A DNA stretch of 63,825 nt, the filler included, from Choristocarpus tenellus KU-1152 (lineage: Eukaryota; Protista; Phaeophyceae): assembly GCA_964200185.2 (NCBI GenBank). It is 8 parts of 8 records of this genome, joined end to end, with 100 filler letters (N's around TTAATTAATTAA, not from the genome) between each part and the next. Parts side by side here need not be neighbours in the genome. Positions count along the whole stretch, not along the records: positions 31,059 to 41,499 come from CAXNAD020002928.1; positions 41,600 to 44,877 come from CAXNAD020021083.1; positions 44,978 to 60,295 come from CAXNAD020001019.1; 5 more parts are not named here. One strand, given 5' to 3'. The notes beneath the pieces were generated by a model. The model did not search any database and was not told where the DNA came from. It saw nothing but the letters and a program-made list of their open reading frames with translations. The first letter of the stretch is position 1. Each line of letters opens with the position of its first letter. Positions 40,498-51,962 of this stretch are shown one piece after another. The translations under genes and the position numbers were made by a program.

Positions 40498-40761
40498 GAA
40501 TCAAAGTATCTTAAAGGGTAGAGTCGGGTCTTCTTGGAGTCCAAAATTCAATATTGCGATTTTGATGTAGTTTTGGCTATCGTGTTCCTTAGGAAGTGTC
40601 AATATCCTTGTTCCAGACACACCTTTTCATAGTGCATACATTTTACCTAATCCCAAAATGTTTGTTTCGGTGTAGGTAAAATGTCATAAAAAATCGTGGG
40701 AAGTCAAGCCCCAAAACGGACGAACAGGGCAAAGCTCGAACCCTCTAACATACTCTCACTC
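40498..40761 (-). mobile_element. MITE family A copy
   Basis: GAATCAAAGTATCTTAAAGGGTAG...CCCTCTAACATACTCTCACTC. Confidence 0.88.
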
Positions 40762-41288
40762 TCCACATGTAGGGATCATGCACATAAAGAGAAAGTGAGG
40801 GGGTATGTACAAGTAGTCATCACCGGCGATGGATTTTTTTTTTTTTATGCAAGCTTCCCCAGTGTTTTATTCCCCCCCGTGACATTGGAGTCGTCCAAGT
40901 TTCTCCCACGTTTCACCTCAAGGTCCACCTCACTGTTTATTCCACACATCTGCTGTGCCATCCCCTCTCTTTCCACTTGTGCCTGACATGAAACACCCAT
41001 CTACGAAGAGACCTTAAGGTCTCCCTACTTCTCAACATAGCCAGGGCATACTACAAGCTTGGCGATTGCAGCACCTCCTCCGAGGCGTGTACGCAGGCGT
41101 TGGCCACAGACCCTTCTTGTGCCAAGGCACTCTATTGTCGGGCTCAGGCAAGCGTGACCCCAGCATCTTCGGGTGCCTATGAGGCCGACAAGGCAATCAG
41201 GTGACCAGCGCAACACACTACCAAGAAACATGTGACTCAGGCATCTGTTCTCTAGTTGGTAACCTAACATCAATGCATTTCTTTGTCC

Positions 41289-41494
41289 GACTCGAGGTTT
41301 CTGGGGGGTGGGGGGGGGGTGGATGTCCATTTGGGGTCAATTTTTTCATGTCTCGATTTTTTGATGATTTGGTTGCATGCATCGGATGGATAATGTAGGT
41401 GCACTTTTCCTGGTTATGGCCCAAATGAGAACCCTGGTGTAGACCACACTGGTGTAGACCACCCCCCCCCCCCCCCCCACATATACTTTAGGCC
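41289..41494 (-). mobile_element. MITE family B copy
   Basis: Reverse complement of the 8742-8916 interior (GTCCATTTGGGGTCAATTTTTTCATGTC...GTGCACTTTTCCTG), with poly-G/poly-C TIRs. Confidence 0.78.
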
Positions 41495-41499
41495 TCTAC

Positions 41500-41599
41500 N
41501 NNNNNNNNNNNNNNNNNNNNNNNNNNNNNNNNNNNNNNNNNNNTTAATTAATTAANNNNNNNNNNNNNNNNNNNNNNNNNNNNNNNNNNNNNNNNNNNN
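41500..41599. other. Artificial contig spacer
   Basis: N44-TTAATTAATTAA-N44. Confidence 0.97.
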
Positions 41600-41800
41600 A
41601 TAAGGTCCCCTCCCCCGGTCAGGGCCCAAAAGGACACCCCTATTTAAAACCCCCCCCCCCCCCCTCCTTAATTACTTTGAGTCACATTTCCAACTAAAAT
41701 TCAATGAAATGTTGCAAAGCACACCTGTGACTCATATATTTGATCCTTGCTGGAGTATAGGGTATGGACTTAGGCACAACTTCCCCAATATTCTGCTCAC

Positions 41801-44592
41801 CTTTGTGTATTCAAACTCCAAGTTTGGAAATGCCACCTCTCCCACTAGAGACAAGCCGTCCTTTTGTGGATGCTCCCTGTATCCTACAGAGAGTCTAGTC
41901 TCCGCTCGATGGCTCTGCTTGTCTCCACGGCTCCTGGAAGGGATGAAATATGGTTTTGTTGATCTTGATGGGGCTGAGCTGTTTAAGATTCTGATAGCGG
42001 GTGGTGTAGGATGGAAAGTTCTGTTGAAAGGTGAAAATAAGGCATCTGTGAAACATGTATCCCACACTCATCCCTTGCCTCTACCAAAGTGATTCCGTAG
42101 GTGCAAGGAACTAGAGTTTCAAAAGTCACGCTCCGCAGATTTTACGCTGTGAAGATGCCTTACATTAATTGTATCTCAACAATGACTAAAGTGTTTTCCG
42201 CCGCCCACAGCCATAGTTTTCTGCATCTATTGACAATATCAATATTATTATTGTCATCACATTAGTCTAAGGGATCCTAGACCCATGGTCAAAATGGCAA
42301 TCCAAAGGAGGCAATACACGCTGCATCAGAAGACGAAAAGGCCAAAAACAAGTCTACAAAGCAGCTAAAGAAGAATGAAAAAAAAAAAGCAAGGAGAAAA
42401 GAAGAAAAAATGAAAAGAGGGAACCTGCATTTCTAAAAAACGCTCCCAACAGAAAATACTGAGCCAAAGTATCTTAGAGGGTAGAGTCGCGTCCATTCAG
42501 GGGACAAAATCCAATGTTGCGATTTTGATGTAGTTTTGACTATTCTGTTTGTTAGGAAGTGTCAATATCCTTGTTACGGACGCAACTTTTCATGACGTAC
42601 ACATTTACCTACTCCGAAACATTTGTAATAGGAAGATGTCATACAAGTACTCCATGGGAAGTCAAGCCCCAAATGGACAAACAGGGCAAAACTCGTACCC
42701 TCTAAGATACTTTCACTCTACTGTAACAAGAAGGGAACAAAGAAATAATATATTGAATACAAGAAAATAACCAAAAAAGAGCATATACTACATTTCTCCT
42801 AGAATGTCATTTTGACTCTCATACAAAGTAGTTGTAGCAGTACAATTGCAATAGAATGGACACCCTGTGCCAAGTTCACCGGTTCTGCATTGCATCAAAT
42901 TTAGGTGGCAATCACACAGCCCTGAAGTTCCCACAAGATGGAATTCAAAACTGACCATTAGGTGTTTTGCTAGGTTAGAATTTTTCATACCATTGGATCA
43001 ACACAACAATGTACAACATAAAACGAAGTAGGAACCCAACTCCACATACAAGGGCTTTGCAATACTACAGCCAGCAATCAATATATCACTGCTAAGTTTA
43101 GCGATACGTGTAGCATTAGTGTCACCAACACCAGTAATCCTTACCCTGGGTCAAAGCTGACATTTAAGCGGCAACTGCTGCCTGGCTGCAATGAGTGCTC
43201 AGCTATATCCACACTAAAGGGAGCCTAAGAAGGGGATGAAGGTGGATTTGATCATTTCGGGCATCAGCTATTCAGGATTCTTTATCTTATACTACATAGA
43301 TATAGTGTTGATTGGAGAGGTGCTCCTTCAGATGCCCATAAAATTGCAAAAAACAACTTCTCACTCGAATTCTATTTTCATTTGTTGCCCCTCAACTGAG
43401 AGATCAAGAAATCTTCGCATACCTTACAACTCTGTTCCTGGTTAGGCATGGGGGTGGGGATTGTGTATTCTTTGCTTGTGTCCTGGTCATGCCTATAGTT
43501 TTTCCTGGAAACAATGAACTGTCTAAGTACTTCACTCCTCTACAATACTGTAAGCACATCATTTGTTTCAAAAGAATTGGAGAAGGATTGTGGTCTTTAC
43601 TTCAGTTGTTCCATTTCTGCTCCACAAATACTTCCCATGAAGCTCTCACTCACAACAAGCAATGACGAATACTTCTGTCAAGGTACTTGTTTATTTCAAT
43701 CCATGTGAACAATGTAATCCCCATCATCCAGTGACCATATTTTAAGGCCTAACCTGGGCTCGTACAGTAAAGTCCAGGAGGAGTTTTCCATCATTAGTCA
43801 TGTCAAGTGGCTGTGTAAAGGTCGTCATTGGCTCATCAGGAGAGTAGACATAGCTGAAGTAGAAGCCTGCCTGACTGAAGCGTAGCAGGGGACTCACAAA
43901 GTCTGCAGTTGCCCTGCACTGCTCATGGGTTTGGTTCCCAGGAAAAACAAAAAGATGGGAGTGCCAATGAGGGCAATGTAGTGGATGTGAAAGAAAGAGA
44001 TAGCATGGGTGATGGGGAATATGATAGTGTAAATGTGACTGAGAGGTCGAACACAAGGGTGACTTTCACTATAATTGTAATGGTGAAAGAGTGAATGTAA
44101 AGGCATCCCACCGGAACAATAATATTTTAGCAATTCTATCGATCTAAATATTCTGGGGTATGTATTTTTTGTGTGTCCTACACTTCTAAGTCATGTTATA
44201 CCAATATATTTTGACGTCACCCTATTGTCACCTGAGCTACTACACATCGACTGATACCCAAGATATTTTGCATCATTGTCATTTTTCAGGTCTTCTGCAG
44301 GATCTACAGGTGCACTGTTGCACATCACCATTTTCTACTAGGCAAAGTATTTCCTTCTGCTTTCAGCCTCTAGATTTTCAAGTTTTTTTCTGGACCTAGA
44401 GGGAGCATGATATATCGAGTTCGCATTATATTTCCCTGCCTTGGTTTCATGTTTCACCTTAAACGCTTGATGTATCATCTTCTCCTTCCCCACTTTTGTC
44501 TCACACACAAGCTGTTCAGATTGTGTGCCTACAGCCACACTCGACCCCTTGAACGTAAACGTGATCGCTGTTCGAGGGCGCAGCTCGATTTC
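41801..44592 (-). CDS. HYDIN: HYDIN (axonemal central-pair protein), four internal exons
   Basis: Exons 44592-44458, 43918-43754, 43224-43145 and 41933-41801 splice in phase: EIELRPRTAITFTFKGSS...EQLVCETKVGKEK...AFK/CRATADFVSPLLRFS...QPLDMTN...RAQ/APFSVD...LNVSFDPG/SRGDKQSHRAETRLSVGYREHPQKDGLSLVGEVAFPNLEFEYTK. Collinear with HYDIN ASH-domain sequence as recalled (EKLVC, EFVAPL, FDP, Y.EHPQ.D.L.L.GEV..PNL.F). Confidence 0.88.
42461..42718 (-). mobile_element. MITE family A copy in HYDIN intron
   Basis: GAGCCAAAGTATCTTAGAGGGTA...TACCCTCTAAGATACTTTCACTC; TSD TACT. Confidence 0.92.
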
Positions 44593-44877
44593 CTTCAGTG
44601 GAAACATCAAGGTAGGTTAAAGAATGATCACCATTCCTATCAATTCATCCGAATTTACAAACTGTTCTCTTGGAGTATCAGATATATACTCTGCTGCATG
44701 TATTTTTTCTGTTTCATATGGATATGAATCACAACATATTTCCATTTTTTACATGGTCGGGTTGTTATTCTCATTGAAATACTAGTCAACTTGATTGTGA
44801 AATAGATGGGGAGTCTTGGAACAAATGATGTATTCCACTTGTATTGCAACAGACCCAAAGTACCTGGGGGGGGGAGG

Positions 44878-44977
44878 NNNNNNNNNNNNNNNNNNNNNNN
44901 NNNNNNNNNNNNNNNNNNNNNTTAATTAATTAANNNNNNNNNNNNNNNNNNNNNNNNNNNNNNNNNNNNNNNNNNNN
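44878..44977. other. Artificial contig spacer
   Basis: N44-TTAATTAATTAA-N44. Confidence 0.97.
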
Positions 44978-45404
44978 AGACACCAAGCAATCTCGCCGGG
45001 TTTATCACCTTTATCCTCTTTGATGATTTTGGGGATACTTTAACAATTGCCTCATCCCATGGACTTCGCCCAAAGTTCTATTCTCATCGACTGTAGTACG
45101 TCGATTTTTTTAAAGCCAATTTAAATTAAGGTCCTAAGTTATTTCTATTCACAACACTCGTAGAGGAAGAGAATTACAAGTGTATGAAATGCATCAAGTT
45201 AGATTCACTGAGCCCGCAGTATCATCAGTTCAACAATATATACCACGTAGTATGTATGTAGGGCATCCTCATGGCTCAGGAGATTGCTTGTTTAATGTTT
45301 TCGGATTTAGGCTCCTTGACCTCCTCGAATTCCGCAAATAGTCGCTTGAGTTTAACGACAAAATCGGTGCTGCCCTGAGACGCCGCGCACTCTAGGTCTA
45401 CTCA

Positions 45405-47290
45405 GACCAAGCACGGATGACGCCTACTGTTTGATGAGCATAGCAGGTGACATCTCGATAGGCCACCAGGAGCCATCAACCATTGCAGAATCCCTTGCAG
45501 GGCCTGATGCAGAACACTAGAAGGAGGCAATGGAGCAAGATATGGAGGGCCAACAAAGCTAAGGAACCTTCCATGAAAGTGAGAGACTACCACCAGGGAG
45601 GAGACCTGTCAAGACCAGGTTTATAGTCAAGATCAAATGGACAGCCAATGGAGACATTGAAAGGTTCAAGACCAGGATGGCGGCACGGGGTTTTTCTAAG
45701 CAAGAAGGGGTGGACTACTTTAGCACATTCAGTCCAGTGGTGGGAATTGATGTGATTCGGGTAGCCCTAGCCACAGCAGCCAACAAACTCTGGGTCATCA
45801 ACACCCTAAACTTTACTCAAGCCTACCTGAACGCACTACTTCCTGAGGATGTATGGCTACAACTGCCCAATGGACCCATCGTAAAAGCTGCCAGGGCCAT
45901 CTATGGCCATAAGCAATCAGCAATGGAGTGGTACAAGGAGCTAAAGGGAACAATCTTAGCTGAGGGGCGGAGTGTTAGCGACTTCGACACCTGCCTATAT
46001 GTGCAGAGGAGTGAAGGTGGTAGGATCGCTGTCCTCTTTCACTATATGATGGCATCTCATTGACTAGAGACTTTGACGAAAAAATAAAGAGGATAAAGAA
46101 CAATCTGCTTACCAAGTACAAAGGACGGGACCTCGGGACCCCAGACAAGTTAGTTGGGGTGGCAATCAACTGGGATGAGGCTGGCATCACACTGGACCGG
46201 CCTTTCTATGCAGAGACCATTGTTCGTGAAGGAATAGGATCCACAGAAGTACAGAGTATCTCATCGCCTTCAAACCCAGGAATGAACCTGACCCCAAAGA
46301 AAACTGGCGAAGAGGAGCTGGACCAGAGGTACAAACCTTACTGGACCATTCTAGGAAAACTTATGTTCCTAGCTGGGATGACACGACCAGACCTATCCAA
46401 CAGTGTGCGGGAACTGGGAAAATACGCAGCAGCATCTCCACGCAATCGACACTAGAAAGGGCTGCAACATGCTCTATTATACCTAGCAGGCACCATGAAA
46501 GTAGGGATACACTATCCTGCTGGTGGTGAAATGGACAACGAGGGCCTGTTAGGTATGGAGACTCAGACTGGTTCTATGACACTGCTTCAAGACGAAGCAT
46601 GATGGGATATCTAATCCTATCTAATGTGGCACCAATTGCATGGAAATCCAAGATGCAAGGAGCTGTAACCACATCTCAATCAGAAGCAGAATGGACAGCG
46701 ATGGTGCATGGAATGGGGCATGCAATATTCCTCAGAGGCATCCTGGGGGAGCTGGGCATACCCCAAGGGGTCACGACTTGGTATGGGGACAATCAAGGTG
46801 CAATCCAAGCAGCGATAACTGAAGGTTTTAACGGAAGGATAAGGCATGTCGATATCAAGCTGAAATACACCAGGGAGTATGTCAACCAAGGATTTCTCAC
46901 AGTAAATTATATACCCACGGCACTACAACTTGCAGACATTTCGATAAAAAGATTACGCAAGAAGCAGGTAGAAGACTTTGTAGACACTGTGTTGACAAGG
47001 CGAAAATCGTGTATGTGCGAGAGTTGAAGCAAGCTGTGTTCTCTTTCTTCCACTCTCATGGGGGAGTGTGCAATATAGGACAATAGTGAGGTGTACCTTA
47101 TTTCATGCATGTGAGATTATTGCGTTGAACTGAGTCCAAATGATGACACTAAGAGATAGTACATCTGAACTATCTATGAAGTTCTGAATTATAGCTAAAC
47201 TGTTCTGACGCAAATAAAAATAAAGAAACAAGCAATAGAAGACACCCCACAAAGGTCACTCTTCTAATTTCATCCATCCTTTCTTTCACA
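45405..47290 (+). mobile_element. 5'-truncated, degenerate Ty1/Copia element: RT-RNaseH, PPT and probable 3' LTR
   Basis: RMAARGFSKQEGVDYFSTFSPVV, FTQAYLNA, AIYGHKQSAMEWY, TRPDLSNSV, IAWKSKMQ...TSQSEAEW, DNQGAI, RHVDIK, QLADISIK. Polypurine tract GGGGGAG at 47060-47066, then a TG... LTR-like segment with AATAAA ending near ...CA 47290. Frameshifts and stops present. Confidence 0.92.
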
Positions 47291-50018
47291 CGTTCAGCAA
47301 AGGGGGTCGTGTAAGGCTCCACACCTTCTTGTCTTCACTACTGATAAATAGCAATACCTTCCAAGGTAGATTTGCAGAATTCATGCTTGACTCATCCCAA
47401 CCATCCGGAGTGCAATAAGTTATACCCACTTTGATAAATTACTTTTCGTCTTTGATAGTTGTCTTGAACTCAAATCTATCGTATTGTTCTTGTTTATGCG
47501 TGTGTGTGTTCAGTAAGTGGATTTGTTCATGTGTAGAAAAACCAACAAACTCAGTCGGTAATAAAGTGTGTTAGTTTGTGTTTATGTGATTGCTGTGATA
47601 GTAGTTTTGATTTTTTCTGTGTTGATTAGTACATGATGAGGCTCTGATAACTTTGATCAGTAGCAATATTTTCATAATCTGTATGTGTACGACGACAGCA
47701 GTTGGTTGGTTGTGACTCTTTTTTCGGTCTGAGTTTCTAGCAACACCCTTGAGTTTTGAACACCCCCAGAACGAACATCAAGAGGATATGATCGAATATG
47801 TAGGGTAACACCAACAGGTCTTCGGCTGACTCCATGCGTGTAAATGCTTGGTACGAATACTCATCACACTCTTGGTCAGGCTGACTCTTGGTTGCAGAGA
47901 GGGGCCATCAAGCCCATCGAGGAGCGGCTGTGTACATGATGCTTTGGTTGACCCTGTGTGAACATTATATCCTCTGTGAAGGTACATGGCGTGCGGTTGA
48001 CCCCCAGTAAGTGGGTAGTGGACAAATGCCTGGCCCAGTGAGTATACTTGAATAGAGAGTAATCGAAGAATAGATCTGATGGTGCTTGTTGGAACAGGGG
48101 AAGTGACTTGAATTTCGCTCTCATGCACGTGAATCTATCTTGGCTAATGATGCGTTAGTACAATCAAATATCTGAAAATCTCAGCAGAGCTTGTTCCTTG
48201 TCACCTTCAGAAGATCATTGATGTATTGCTCGTTTGTGTGTGGGAGACAGTGGTCACCTCTCTTGATTCAGAAAATGTCTCCTCGCTAATCTCCACTAGT
48301 ATGTTAAGTATACTTGCCACCAGATGTTGGTCAAGGTTGATATTGCTGCCGCTGTACATCAGAGGGTGCACGTTTTGGAAGACTGACTCTACTACTACGA
48401 TGAGTGGCCAACAACCTGGTTGTTACTCATCCTCTGCTGAATTCACGATTTCCTCACCATATGTATTGTCAAGGTAAGTGATACACGCTGCATACTACCC
48501 AGCCAACAAAGAAGGTAGAAAAAAGTAGGATAGCACGGTGTTATGTCTAGCTTTTACACAAGGTGTGGTGTTACCATGTACTAAATAATTTTTTTTTGGG
48601 TGCCATTCCTCGTGTATATTGCAGTCAATTCGAGGCCGATTCTTCAATCTATGTTTGTCAGAGAGAAATTCAATAGACACCGATGTAGTTGGTGTTAGTA
48701 TTTGTGACATTTTTTTTTGTGTTACTTGATAAATTGACCGCCTGCCTTACCTGTGGGACCCCTTTGCATTGCTGGCTTTGTTTGTCAAACTTGATTTAGG
48801 TGCATTGAGGGTTCTGTAAAAGTGAGCATTTGAAGTTTTGAACATACAAAATGATCAAATTAATCCTGTTCATATACTGCATACCATGCGGGTATCAAGA
48901 AACAGTATCCTTCCCGCGAACATCAGAGAAGAGCATAGTCCGTCAGGTAAGACACGCTACATCTCTACAAAAAATCAATTGTAGCAGCAGGCATGACAAA
49001 GGGTATGTTGAAAAGGCTTCGAGACCTAAATCATCAAATCACTATCATCGTAAAATCGGGTTGAACCCGAAATGCACTTTTGTCTCTCCTTGCATTACCA
49101 CAACAGTCCCTCAATGGTCCTCACGTGCCTCACAGACACCAAATAGGTATCTCTTTGTCGAATCTACCCAGAGAGCTCTTCTGCAATATCCTGCAGTTCA
49201 TGACTTCCAAACCTCATACGAATTGGCCAACAACACACCATTATCCTCTAACGTTGTAGAGGTGACTGAGAGGACATTTGTCTCAGATGTCCTTCACCTT
49301 CTGCCCTCCCTCCCTTATTACCTCCTCATGAACCGGGCCGATCTACATGCAGCACCACGCTTCTCGTTTTGTTCTGACAAAGATAGGCCTTGACCCACTT
49401 TACAAACCGCCAGAATTCACCAAGGACTCACTATCTGCACTGAATGGGGTTTTCCCAGCAAGTTCTGCCTTAGAATTGAGATTAAATAACATTATATGTC
49501 CTGAGTCACCAGCAGACCTGCTCTCCTGACCCCCACAAAGACTGTGACTATGCTATCCACCTTATCCCATCAAGAAGAATACAAAAGCGACTGGCAATTA
49601 GTTCGTGGCAATAATCATGTGTATCTTAGCACAGGGCATAGCAGTTGGACAACAGTTGCATGGCACAAATACTATTGTAGTCATGCAGACTGTGGTACCA
49701 CAAAACACGTATAGCAGGAATAATAGGTTACCTCTGGGTGCTGTGATTTCCTAACCGGTCACCTTTTCGACATACAAGAGTCTGCTTCTGAAGCCCTTTC
49801 TTGCTTGCCTCAATTCGTGTAATGATCATAACAACATCGTATCGATCCACAATGCTGACTGGTTCATCTTGTGTCCAGTAAATGTCCAACACTTCACCTT
49901 TCTGGGCCAAGATATAATCGTTTCCATTTATTGGTGCCACCCACTAGATCGTTCCTTGTGTTGCACCTTTTGCTTTGTCGTAAAAAGGCACTGCCCCATT
50001 CTCGTTGGCGATACTTTT

Positions 50019-50275
50019 GAGTGAAAGTATCTTAGAGGGTACGAGTTTTCCCCTGTTTGTCCATTTGGGGCTTAGCTTCCCACGGGTTTTTAATGATATT
50101 TTACCTACTCCAAAATGTTTCGGAGTAGTTAATACGTGTGTGTTATGAAAGCTGTGTTCAGAACAAGAATGTTGACACTTCCTAACAAATATGATAGCCA
50201 AAATTTTATCAAAGCTGCAATATTGGTTTTGGCCCCCAAATGGACGCGGCTCTACCCCCTAAGATATTTTGACTC
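50019..50275 (+). mobile_element. MITE family A copy
   Basis: GAGTGAAAGTATCTTAGAGGGTA...TACCCCCTAAGATATTTTGACTC; flanks TTTT/ATTT. Confidence 0.9.
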
Positions 50276-51304
50276 ATTTCTCAAACCTGAACCCATGGCA
50301 AATAGCTGTAACTTGTTAGCGACAAAAACACTGTTTCTAATTGGAGAAGATGAAGTCCTTGATACAACAATGTGCTCACAATCATTCGTGTGCCCTCTTC
50401 ACTACTCTCCTCAGGGGTGTGACAACCAATGCACAACAGTCTCTTCATCTCATTGCCCCCATCCAGAGGCATGGTGCCACAAACTCCATGAAGTTAGAGT
50501 CCACACCTACATTTACGTTCAATGAAGTGTGATGGTCCCAGTGTGTAGGCAGGAAAAGTCAGCGACCTTTCGCTGTACACGGTATGGTCAAAGTGTGCAC
50601 AGGATGTACACAGGAAGGACATTGTTGGTGTCCGTATGCCATAAAAGAGGTCTTGCCTCCCTTGGTATGGCATCATTGTCCACGTTATGGAATGTCCAAT
50701 ATCCCCCTAAAAAACATGTTGAATGGTTAAGTGTTGTGAATTGGGACAGTTCAATCAGCGACTTCAGTTTGACTAATTGGAGTAGGGGAACAACCGAATA
50801 ACTGAAACGAAGAAGGTATATTCTAAGTATGACTAATGAACGAGCGTGTCAGTTCACAGTTTACAGAAGCACATAATTCGTCACAAGGTGTCACTACCCA
50901 CAACTTACTACACATTTCACGGTTGTGGGTTCGGATGGCTGCCTTGCTACACTTTGGAGTTTTTGTGCAGGGACGATACACGTTACTTGTCTACCTGTGT
51001 CTGTTTCGTTGAGTCGCTTCATCTAGTTCTATTTCATCATTCATTTTTTCCCAAAGTCGACTTCTAGTGGATGGAATTTTAGTAATTTCTTGTTTTGAAG
51101 GTAGTCATTACGATAACAAACTTGCAATTCTGAGCATGACATTACTGTTTTAGTGTTAATGAAAACGAGAAAATGACACAAGTTTTGTAGGTTAAAGTAT
51201 GTGTTAAGAGGTCTGGTTCTGTGTGATGGGGGGTGGTGAGAACCACCAGAGATGAGGTTCAGAAAGGAAGTGAAAGATGAGACTGAGGCACACTGGGTGA
51301 ATGT

Positions 51305-51337
51305 CCTAGCCCTAACCCTAACCTTAACCCTAACCCT
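51305..51337 (-). repeat. Interstitial telomere-type repeat
   Basis: cctagccctaaccctaaccttaaccctaaccct. Confidence 0.8.
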
Positions 51338-51962
51338 GGGTGAATGTTCACTGCCTAACACTGGGATGTGGATCAATCTTCAATGTGATTGGTTGTGACC
51401 AGTCAGAACAGAAAACACAATCTCGGGCTTTCCTCGTTTTAGCCCACCGTTCATGTTGGGGTTACAACGTGCCAGTCGTGCGTCTGACCCACATCACATC
51501 ATTTGCACTGACCTCAACAGGAAAGGTGACGCGCGCAAATGTATACGACCGCGCGTATTTTCCTCATCAATATTAGTGGATCCCGAAAAGGGGACCTGTC
51601 CGTGACATATACCTTAAAATAGTACTATATCATTCTATTGTATGAAGATTACAAAAAAGAAAAATATTATACGACTTGTTTTACTATACAATACTATACA
51701 ATAATTAATACTACTAGTATCAGTCAATGTATTTAGTCTGGTCGTGGAAGAAAAGGATAAACATCCATGATCAAACATCTAACCTTATCAACAACGTTGA
51801 TTCGACTAGAGGGACCCTAAGGAAAAGTAGTAGGTTGTTAAGGAGGTACCAAAAAGGTGACCAGTACATCAAGGGCTTCCCAGCTAAAAACTGAGGGATT
51901 ATTTTATATTGACCTCGAGGCGGGTCTTGCCAAGCCGAATACTCTGAGGGTCATAGGTGTAA

